A DNA stretch of 63,167 nt, filler included, from Choristocarpus tenellus KU-1152 (taxonomy: Eukaryota; Protista; Phaeophyceae), in NCBI GenBank assembly GCA_964200185.2. It is 9 parts of 9 records of this genome, joined end to end, with 100 filler letters (N's around TTAATTAATTAA, not from the genome) between each part and the next. Parts side by side here need not be neighbours in the genome. Positions count along the whole stretch, not along the records: positions 1 to 17,161 come from CAXNAD020000713.1; 8 more parts are not named here. The stretch is one strand, 5' to 3'. Of the stretch, positions 1 through 9,807 are shown in pieces. The stretch's first letter is position 1, and every line of letters starts with the position of its first letter. The notes under the pieces are model-generated. The model searched no databases and was not told the DNA's origin. It worked only from the letters and a program-made list of their open reading frames with translations. The position numbers and the translations under genes were made by a program.

Positions 1-92
1 CCTAACCCTAACCCTAACCCTAACCCTAACCCTAACGTACTAACCCTCACCCTGACCCTGACCCTAACCCTAACCCTAACCCAAACCTAACC

Positions 93-133
<41 letters not shown>

Positions 134-310
134 CCCTAACCCTAACCCTAACCCTAACCCTAACCCTAACCCTAACCCTAACCCTATCGTACTAACCCTA
201 ACCCTAACCCTAACCCTAACCCTAACCCTAACCTAACCCTAACCCTAACCCTAACCCTAACCCTAACCCTAACCCTATCGTACTAACCCTAACCCTAACC
301 CTGACCCTAA
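1..310. repeat. Telomeric (CCCTAA)n / (TTAGGG)n array with variant units
   Basis: About 50 CCCTAA hexamers from base 1, with variants CCCTGA, CCCTCA and a recurring CGTACTAA interruption. The C-rich strand at the contig's 5' end is the expected orientation for a chromosome end. Confidence 0.95.
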
Positions 311-779
311 GCTCCTAAATTCGATTCTTCGAACCCCTTTGCTGGAGGATAGAAAAATTTACCACTTCAACATTCACACATATCCTATGCCAAACCATTT
401 GATGTATCTTTTGTATTTTGGGACATGATGTCCAAGATGAATATCCTAAAAGAGCAGCTCAACTCTGATGTGGGATTATGGCGGGATGAGTATCAGTGAT
501 CCTCATCTACAGCTTCATCAGTGGACAGAAAGGTCGTTCTCCTGTCAAGTATGTTGAAATGAGGAATAGAAGTAACGTTTCGAGATGAATAGGTATCAAA
601 CAGTCTTCCAGAAGCAGAGGGGCTCGATGGCGTTACCTCAATCTAACTGGGCATAAACCATGCCCTCAGGGAGATGTACTGCTCGAACATTTCATCTCAC
701 CCAACAAGTACTTTAACCCTAAACCTCTTGCCTCAACAAGATGCACTTTGCCAATTCCCCGTTAGAACCCCTGTGAAGA

Positions 780-1050
780 GTGTGCTTCCAAGACAAGCTC
801 AACAAATCGAAAATGTTCAGTATTTCTTTTCGAAGGCATCAAAAAGCAAACGTAGAGTTGCACCATGCTTGGGATTTCATAAACGGAAACCTTGTCGGTG
901 AGGATTACAAGGGCGGCAACAGTACAACTATGGACATACCTGAGTTAGAGACCCAATGGTGTGCAGTATCTTACGCTATATTTGTATAATGAGGGAAAAG
1001 ACGTTCATGAACACAGCCCTTCTCCATAGTTTGATAGTAAAAAAGGCCGA
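780..1050 (+). mobile_element. Possible degenerate Ty1/Copia gag N-terminal relic (subtelomeric)
   Basis: Broken frame ...LHHAWDFINGNLVGEDYKG... resembles the 'lWd.v.G' start of Copia gag. Stops and frameshifts are present, and the resemblance is by eye only. Confidence 0.2.
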
Positions 1051-2691
1051 TGCGTACATTATAATATTGTTGATGTTACTGCTTTTATTTATTAGTGAAG
1101 GGTATTCGAACAAAAACAAGTTGGTCGAGATATTTTGAAATGGAGCACTAGGTCTCCTATAGATAGTACATCTAATCTACTATTGTACAGGTTTGCTGTA
1201 TCGTTCAGGACTACTTACACCTTGATACAAACAGCAATATGCATGAGAAAAGGACACTTTATCGGTACGAAAACAAAGCAATATTTGAGGGTCAAAAAGG
1301 GATCCCGAGTAGCATGTTCCATGCGACTCAATAAGAAGGGCAAAAAACACAGTCCACTCTTCTTACTATCATCAGAACGAAAATTTGCTCAATTTGCCGA
1401 AGGAAGAACAAGATGGTGTCCTCCATGGTGTGTACTAATACACATACTACTGGATATTGGAGGCACAATGATTCAATTATGCAGTCTGAGAAGCAAGGAA
1501 AATTCATCCCAGCTAGAAGTATCACAATGTCCTCCTTCGATACATGTCTTTACACTCTGAATCAAACAAAATGCATGTTCTTCCCCTATTGCACAGATGG
1601 ACTGCTGGGTATGACCTCGAAAACCCGCAAATGCCATGCCCCAGTAAGGTACGCCAGCAGGGTACTGAAACAAGTACTCATCAAAGAGTCACATTTCCTT
1701 AGCTGCTGAGATATGTGTTAACCTTCAACACACATCCCAGCAACATCCGAATCAGGAAGGGAGCATAAAATGAACCATTTTTCAAAATACGGCCTGTCCC
1801 TCATTCCTAGTAGAGTGTGCACAGATGCAAGGTAAGCCTATCTTCCCCAATGAGTCTTGCACCTCACAGTCTGGCGCACCTCTTGTCCTGACACTTCAAA
1901 CTCCCGCAGCAGTGACTGGTTTGCACGAATACCGGTGTACAAAGGGAAAGTGTTAATAACGCTCCCTTCAAGACAGTACCTGATGGTGCCACGATAAAAA
2001 TATCATCAAATATGATATACCTCATACTTTGATTATTCACTATGATTTGATAGATGTATTAAAAAACGACAATGGAGAATAACCCTAAGAATGGTCTCAA
2101 CAATGGCTAAAAACGTATATAGTCAAAGAGGACAACAACAACAAAATCCAGGACTTCAAGCTGATAATGGCTTTTACGAAACTGCCACTAAGATTCTTCA
2201 CTTGTCATAATAACGGGAGATATCATTGTTCAGGGTTAGAAAATGATGTTTGCAGTAGAACGGCATAGAGTTATGCTATGCCGTTGTTTCTAATAGAGAG
2301 TGCGCTGCCCAGTGATTGTTCACATACATACCGTTCACACCTACATTTTTTTTTCCCCATATATTAACGATAAAGACAAGAACTTCAAGATCTCCTAAAT
2401 GTAACACAGGTATCTAACCGCCAATCAAGGCAAATTGATATTGACATGACATACCACGCTCGGGGCACCCTGTTTGTCTGATGTGCAAGGGGGTTAGAAC
2501 ACTCTTTGAAATTGTTTGCAAGCACGTCCAATTGCACATAATGCATTGAGATCGGATGAGGGTTGGATGGACAGTCATCTCGAGGGACTATTTTTCTTTT
2601 TTTGGTGGATTAAGTACCCTAAGATTTACTCCAAAGAGAAATAGGTGTAGTCGATCACAACAAGCATTCAAACTGTGAAGCAACACTCTTC

Positions 2692-2831
2692 TCACTTGTC
2701 CGTCTTGCATTTCTTCCTCTTCTTGTTGCAGCATTTTCCTTTCTTGCACTTGGCCTTCTTGTTCTCATTTGTGTGGCGGCAGCAGTCAGACCTCTTCAAG
2801 CATGTCATCTCCCCAAGGGCAATGCACATGT
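2692..2831 (-). CDS. Putative terminal exon: basic, Cys-rich (knottin/defensin-like) domain
   Basis: Acceptor caattag|ac is phase 1, matching the EGF exon donors. It reads DMCIALGEMTCLKRSDCCRHTNENKKAKCKKGKCCNKKRKKCKTDK*, with 8 Cys including two CC pairs. Confidence 0.55.
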
Positions 2832-3004
2832 CTAATTGAAAAAGGGAAGAGGATTGTACAATGCCAAATAATTGTAGATTAGACAGTACAAACCAGAAAT
2901 CATCATACTGCGTAGTATGTTGATATTCTCACAACGTTGAAATTATGGATGTGTGTACCAACGATCGCGTAAGTCATACAATAATCCAGGAAAAAAAATG
3001 TATA

Positions 3005-3258
3005 GAGCCAAAGTATCTTAGAGGGTGGAGCCGTGTTCATTTGGGGGCCAAAATCCAATGTTGCGATTTCGATGTAATTTTGGTAATCATGTTTGTTAGG
3101 AAGTGTTAATGTCCCTGTTCCCAACACTTCATAACGTCTACATTTTTCCAACTCCAAAAAATTTCGGAGTAGGAAAATCCAATAAAAAAAACAATGGGAA
3201 ACCAAGCCCCAAACGGACAAACAGGGCAAAACTCGTACCCTCTAAGATACTTTCACCC
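3005..3258 (+). mobile_element. MITE family A (about 255 bp, PIF/Harbinger-Tourist-like)
   Basis: TIRs GAGCCAAAGTATCTTAGAGGGT ... ACCCTCTAAGATACTTTCACCC; exact 3-bp target-site duplication ATA (3002-3004 and 3259-3261); non-coding; multiple copies in the window. Confidence 0.9.
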
Positions 3259-4058
3259 ATACACAATAATGTGCACAAACCTATATATATATATATCCAG
3301 GGGGGTCTACATCACAATAGTGGTTGAGAATTACCATTACACCTCTATGCTTTGGTAGACAAATAAGGTTTAGCTTCTTATACCAAGATGTGGTTGTAAG
3401 AGCTTGTAGGTCTCATAAAAGCTTAACCTTTGGAAGGCCCTCATTCCTTTGCAAAATGGACAAGCATTTCACAGTACATTGTAGTACGATTCCAAGGAGC
3501 CTACAAACCATCATGTACAATTGATAGAGAGAACCACATTCACCTTTTCCCCAATACCTTGTTCATGAATGTCCATACTCGTAGGAGTAGGAGGAAATTA
3601 GATATAGCCAATAATCAGTAACGTGCCAATTATATGGACGGAGATTCTTGCCAACTACATATCGGCGAAAGGTGAACCGATGTCGTTCTAAGATATACTG
3701 CAAATCACATTTACCTACCCCTAATCGCATATATCACTGATATAGTGTGTAGGAGTACACTTGATACAATGCCATCATATTCTTTCACGCGCATACGATT
3801 CGCTGACTGAATCATTTCTATGTGTACTTAACTGATACACAGAAGTACTTCAAGGTGTGAGAAAAAAATAGCTCTCAATCCGCCCCAAAACATCAAATAA
3901 AACGATTATTCTGATCACAAACCCATCACGACTAAAGCATCTCGAGCAGACAGTGTATCTCATCATCCTCCCAGGTTCTTGAGGTTACGAAAGGTCAACC
4001 AAAACGTCTCCAGGACAGAAATCTGTCTCTTTTTTGCAGTACTCAGATTTTCACTAAC

Positions 4059-5229
4059 CCGAAAGTTCAAGATCACACGTCTCCCCGTAGTACCCCTCCA
4101 GACAGGTGCACGTACCATCCGCATTGCATATGCCGTATTCGCTGCAGGGGTTGGGCGAACACAGATCTGCCAAAAGCACAATTGTTCGGTACAGAAGGTA
4201 TCCACGCCAATGTTTCGTGTCATGAAACATCTCTTCACTGCAGTTCCAAATTGTACATTCATCTTGACATCTGGGGGGGGGGGACAAAAAAGAGCATGGA
4301 ACCATGACAGCATCTTACACTATATGCTTAGACTGGGCTGCTGAGCCCACTCACCAAAACTACCACGTCACACTACTCTTCAGTGTACCCCACGACACAG
4401 TTATAGGTATCATCCGAATTACATGTGCTGTACCCACTACAGGGGACGGTATAACATCTTGGTTCATTACAGGGTATCTACGCTCTTGTTCTCTACTATG
4501 ATACACCTCTCTTATCATAGTTTCAAATGTACATTGAAGATGACAGCTGCATATACGAATTAGAGAGAAGATCATGGAATGACGATTCCAGCATCTTGCT
4601 CTAATGTCTAGATTGGGTTGCTCTGTCCACCTACCAACTACAACCTCACAAGTCTCTTCAGTGTACCCATCCACACAGGGGGCTCAAAGCATCTGGGAGG
4701 GGTGGCGGCTGTCCATTTGGGGTCAATTTTTCATGTCGCGATTTTTGGGTGATTTGGTTAGAATACGTCGGATGGTTACAGTAAATGCATTTTTCCTGAT
4801 TTTAACCCAAATGGATACCCTGCTGTAGACCCCCCCCCCTCCCTCCTAGATACGTTGGGTCGGTGCAGGCACCATCCGCATTGCATGTGCCGTGCACACT
4901 GCAGGGGTTGGGCAAGCATGGATCTGGCGGGAACAGAAGTCAACGTTACATGAGGATGCAGCTTCGTCTATAATTCGTAGGATGACGATTTCTTCATCGT
5001 TCTATCAACTCTCGATTTGTTAATGCACAACCACAAGTGAAATTAAGACAACATGAACAAGATACATGAACCGTTCACGCACGTTGCAATACATTTATAC
5101 CGCATTGCTGCTCCCACTCACCAACATCAACAACCTCGCACGTTTCTCCTGTGTACCCCTCCACGCAGGTGCATGTCCCATCCTCGTTGCATGTGCCATA
5201 CTCGGAGCATGGGTTAGGTGAACATGCAT
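4059..5229 (-). pseudogene. Tandem array of four single-exon EGF-like domains, two of them disrupted
   Basis: Exon 5229-5122 reads DACSPNPCSEYGTCNEDGTCTCVEGYTGETCE. Exon 4923-4635 reads DPCLPNPCSVHGTCNADGACT/CVDGYTEETCE and is split by a MITE. Exon ~4460-4355 is frameshifted with a TAG. Exon 4166-4059 reads DLCSPNPCSEYGICNADGTCTCLEGYYGETCD. The three well-preserved exons have ag|at acceptors and phase-1 g|gt donors. Confidence 0.8.
4681..4861 (+). mobile_element. MITE family B (about 180 bp) inserted in an EGF exon
   Basis: Degenerate TIRs GGCTCAAAGCATCTGGG ... CCTAGATACGTTGGGTC. Removing the element plus a 3-bp TSD (GGG/GGT) restores a 105-nt in-frame EGF exon. Confidence 0.88.
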
Positions 5230-5699
5230 CTGGTGAAGAGATGTCAAATCAGGCCACTTCATCATATGGGCATTTTGGTTGATATCATAATACTACACCG
5301 ATCATCTTCTCTCATCCTCTATTGTTTTATCTTTTCTCAACCTAATTTGATTGTTAGCAGAAGACTTGGAATCTTGTTGTTCCCTGTTGTTTTCTTACTC
5401 TTTTGGCGGAATGATATGACTACTGATACCCTAGACACCTAATGATCGATTGTTCAATGTGATTATTAGTACAACGCAGAAAGATTAAGTTTCTATTGCC
5501 AAAAAAATGCAGGATTCAATCATCACTAAGATCTAGGCCTCTGCAGAGATAGTCTTATGTTAGAAGAATATTGTCACATCCGACAGACACAACACACACC
5601 CTTGCACAATAAAGAAACTCCTATTATAGTAGCACTTTCTTACTGACACATACACAAACCAAGCCATTGTAACACGTACCAAGAACGTGAGACACCTAC

Positions 5700-7800
5700 C
5701 TGAGCAAGAGGATCCTAAGGCCGTCTTCATGGTTTCCAGTAGAGGGAAGAGGAAACTCGGCTCTTCGTCCCATGGGTTCAGGAAAAGCTATCAATGTTGC
5801 AGTTAGGGTTTCAACGCCTTAGTATTGTGCAGTTTGAGTTCATCAGGGGAATAAAGTCCCATCAAGACGACCAAGAGGGAGAAATGTTTGCTCAAACGAG
5901 CTTTTCATAGTTTAGAGCAGAAAGGGTCATCATAGTTGACTCGAAGGTATATATGGAGTTCAAGAGATGACATATGGCAAGGACTGTTCAAACCAGAGCC
6001 AATGCACTCTGAGATATTCACCCAACAATTTATCTGGATTACAGGTATATTCCATTAGTCAGCTATACTATCTCTAGTAAAGATCAATTACCTGTCCATA
6101 GATGACTGTGGTGGAGTCATCTGTGATGAAGATGTTTCCCCACTCGTTGCAGTATGCGCTCTTTACCAGATCTTCCAACTAGGACGAAAGGGTAACATGA
6201 GTGTTGTGAAGATTAGAGATATGGGAAAGGAACACTCTTGTGTTATTATGGGTTTAAATTTCCAAATTGAAAGGAAGGCATTGCATATGATGTGTAATGA
6301 TAAGGCAAGTCAACGTATGGGAGACTATATGCAAGTCGGGGGTGACAGAGGTATTTTTCGGGTGGTAGGGGATGTGAATCCTGTGGCAGAAGGGGAGCTT
6401 CTGCAGCCAACCATCTTAGAAAATCTTTGGGATGATGGCAAAACATCAAGGCGACAAGGTGACTATCAAGGGAAAAGGTCTTTTTGGGGACTGGGGCAGA
6501 AATATACTTATAGGGCGATTGAGGTTTGCTCCCTTTAACAAAGTGTGTACTTTACTTTGGTTAGGGTCGGGGGTTTATTACGACAGCTGACTACCTGCTC
6601 GGTAACACAAGGGTTTACTAATGTTTCAACAAAGACTAATCCCAGGGATCGCAAGCTGTCAGTCTTGGTGAGGTTTCGCCCGAGCGTTGCTATCCCTCTT
6701 ATCAGTGACCAACTTAAGCAGGGCAGCTATGTTGGTGAGGTTGTGTATCCTGGCGGCATGTTTAGCCTTTTAACAGATGTGTAGTAAGCATGCAACCATG
6801 CCGAGATTCAATACCATGACAGTAGCATTTGTTAGGACATCAGTAAACCTATGTGTCTACCTCCCAGGCAGTCAGGAAAACCCCTGACCTACGGAGCATG
6901 TGGTCAGCTGACTACCTCCTCGGTAGACACAGGGCTTTACCCATGTTCTCACAAGTACCCCTGCAATTTCGAGAAATACAAACATAGGATATATTGCTGT
7001 TCCTCATCAGCACTAGAAGGCCTACACGAAACGCTTTCCAAGAGGACGGAGTATTGTCACAAGCTCATGGAAGATAAAATTGCTTGGCGATTGGTAAGTT
7101 TGGGGGAAGGAACAAGAGACAGTCTCACGTTTTGTGCAGTGGCAGTCGAAGCAACGGTGTGGATCATGGCGGAATGCTGTGCCCTGGTGCCGCCAGTCGG
7201 TGCTTCTGGCATGTTTTTGCTTCCTCCGCCAGCAGGAGAATTGGGCAGACCATCATAGTAGTTCTCGTAGCTAAGAGGAAGAGCGAAAAATATGTGTGAT
7301 TAGTGACTTACAGGGGAACACAGCTCTTCATGGTAAATACAAAAGCGAGTTGGCAGTGATTGGGTGATATATTTTATGTAACTCACGAGGTGATGATGAC
7401 CTTGCCTCCACCAACATTGTAGAGGGCACTATCCTTGGGAGTTACCCCTGTGTTAAATACCACCGTTCCACCAGGGAACTTGGTCTGCACGTAGGAGTAG
7501 TATCCATCATCTGTTTGGTGAGGCGAAATTTCGCAAAGTTGCGGAGGATTCAGGTAAGTAAGCCTTTGGATTACTGTTTTTATTCTGCTTCAGTTCTGAA
7601 AGCTCAAGAGAAAGAGTTCATGGTTAATGCGGACTCGTCAATAAACAGGGTGGATTATTTTCTGCAGCAGGCAATACAAGAGCAAATCGAGCACTGTTGT
7701 ATATTTCCGATGAGCAGCTCAAACCAGCAGGTAACAAACTATTAGGCGAGTTCTTCAGTCTCGGCACTCAATTTGTTCAACTATTGTCACTGGTCAACGT
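5700..7800 (-). mobile_element. Heavily degenerate retroelement-like relic (unclassified)
   Basis: Long coding-like but stop-ridden stretch with an internal ~60-bp direct repeat (6585-6640 and 6905-6960). No intact diagnostic motif is visible. Confidence 0.2.
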
Positions 7801-8229
7801 GCTACCCAGTGTTGGTAGTTCAGTCCTAAAATGCTATCTGTATGGTATTTATGGATGAGGTCCGACTATGAACGTGCATATATTGTGTTGCAAGGAAGTG
7901 GATTTTCATATGGACCCAAAAAGAAGATATATATATATGCTGGTCAAGCTCTCCTTTGCAGCTTAGCCCAACCTCTACTTTTAATCACATATGAATATAT
8001 AATACTCCAAAAATATACCAAGTTAATATTTCCTAGTCGCAACCAAATGTGTGAGGGTTAACATTTTGCAGAGGATCTTACACAGTTTGTTTATCTCATC
8101 CGCTGCAGTTCTACTTCCCGTATTTAACAATGAAATGTGGTTGACTTGATTGAGGACAGACGAATCTGCATATGTTGGTCGTGTGCAGAAGAAATGAAAC
8201 TGGCTGCTTAAGATACCAAATTGGTTGCC

Positions 8230-9807
8230 CCCTAGACTCCATAGTCTCTTCTGCAACGGTGTACACTTTAGCAGCGACTCCCATAGAAGAGTATCACAGC
8301 ACAAACTTTAGCTCTATCAGCAGGTTCAAAGTATCTGGGGGGGGGGGGGGTGGCTGTCCATTTGGAGCCAATATTTCAATGTCACGAGTTTTGGATGATT
8401 TGGTTGCGGACGTCAGATGGATAATGTAAGTGCACTTTTCCTGATTCTGGCCCAAATGGACACCCTAGTGCAGATCCCCCCCCCCTCCCCAGATACTTTG
8501 GGCAAGCAGTGTGATCCAGATATTCTACCCTATAATATTCAGTTGACATTGGAATAGTTCTTCAGCAGGTTCCCTTCAACATTCGCGAAAATGTGAGCAA
8601 CAAATTGTGGAGGCTCCATTACCATCTCACATTTTGCCACTTCGGATGCCTCAGCTGAAGTTTCATCGAAAAATATCCCATCGCACAAGAAGGATTGATC
8701 TGTAGGGTTGGTAAAGTAACCTGGAGTGACATATAGGTCAATATTGTGTTCAACATCTGTTCTTGTTCCATAACCTGTGGGGACATAACATAGCACCTGG
8801 GCAAGTGATGAGGATGTGGGTGAGGGACGAAGGGGAAATATGAGAGTGTAGACAAGAAGAGATCGGATAGCCTTTGAAGTGTGGTGGTGAGAAGGGGAAA
8901 GGATCAGGGCAGAGGAAGGAATGAGGAGATGCGATATAGTGCTTTCACCGTTATTGTACTTGAAGAAAAATGTTGGGTTCGAAAAGGGAGGGGTACAAAC
9001 TAGTAGGGTTAGTAGAGGGAAGAAAAAGAATGAGGGGGATCAAGTTATGGAAGAGAGAAGCAGGGAAGGGAATTGAGTAACGAGCGAGTAATAGGGAACT
9101 GATAATGTGGTTAGTAACGAGAGGTTCTTGTGATGGACAAGGGGTGTGTCACACATGTCTATGGGACTACCAGGGTCAGTCATCTTGTGTAAGCAAGCAC
9201 TCCGACCAATACACGAACACATTTCTCAATCGGCAAACACTCAAGCGAACGTAGGGCTTGGTTGGCACCCCTCTCACTTCACCTCTTGTATTCCTGCATC
9301 GATCAGAGCAGGTATCCGTTGACGGTACAGTGGATACAGGATAGAAGTTCTATCTGTAGTATCATCAGGGCGATAAGGTCCATCAAGGGGATTGATGATG
9401 ATGGAAATATCCACACCGGACCACCCTGCAGTCTCCATGTCATCGTAATAACCACTATCTGCGATCACCTCGTCTGCAGTCCAATAAGGAGGATCACCTG
9501 TGTGTTGGGGGAGCGGAAGGCCAAGCAAACGTACGCGTAATAACGTCCAATCCTATAGTTGGAACGTTCAATGTCGACGGGGAAGGAGTACGAAGAATAC
9601 TGTATCGAGGAGAAGAAATAAAAGGTTTCCCCCCCTGTTCGCGTTAGAGATATATCCTCAAGCAGGTTAGGATGCACGTATACCTGCTACGGGCGTATCA
9701 TGTAGCAATGGCTTGACGTAGAAGGGTACAAGCAAACGAAGGCCATGTTCTTGAGCTCCAGCATGAGTTACGGCAGCAAGGAGTCCGATGGTTGAGCAGA
9801 ATTTCAT
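8230..9807 (-). pseudogene. Secreted Spherulin-4 / glycoside hydrolase family 135 (Sph3-like) gene, 3' part decayed
   Basis: Exon 1 (9807-9684): MKFCSTIGLLAAVTHAGAQEHGLRLLVPFY..., a signal peptide plus the N-terminal 'lvPlY' motif. Exon 2 (9497-9283): ...ISIIINPLDGP.... Exon 3 (from 8796): VLCYVPTGYGTR...CDGIFFDE...HIFANVEG. Splice phases are consistent. The downstream part has stops, appears to lack the second NPG motif, and is interrupted by a MITE. Confidence 0.8.
8323..8504 (+). mobile_element. MITE family B inserted in the GH135 coding region
   Basis: GGTTCAAAGTATCTG(G)n ... (C)nAGATACTTTGGG, with internal sequence matching the other B copies. Confidence 0.88.
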
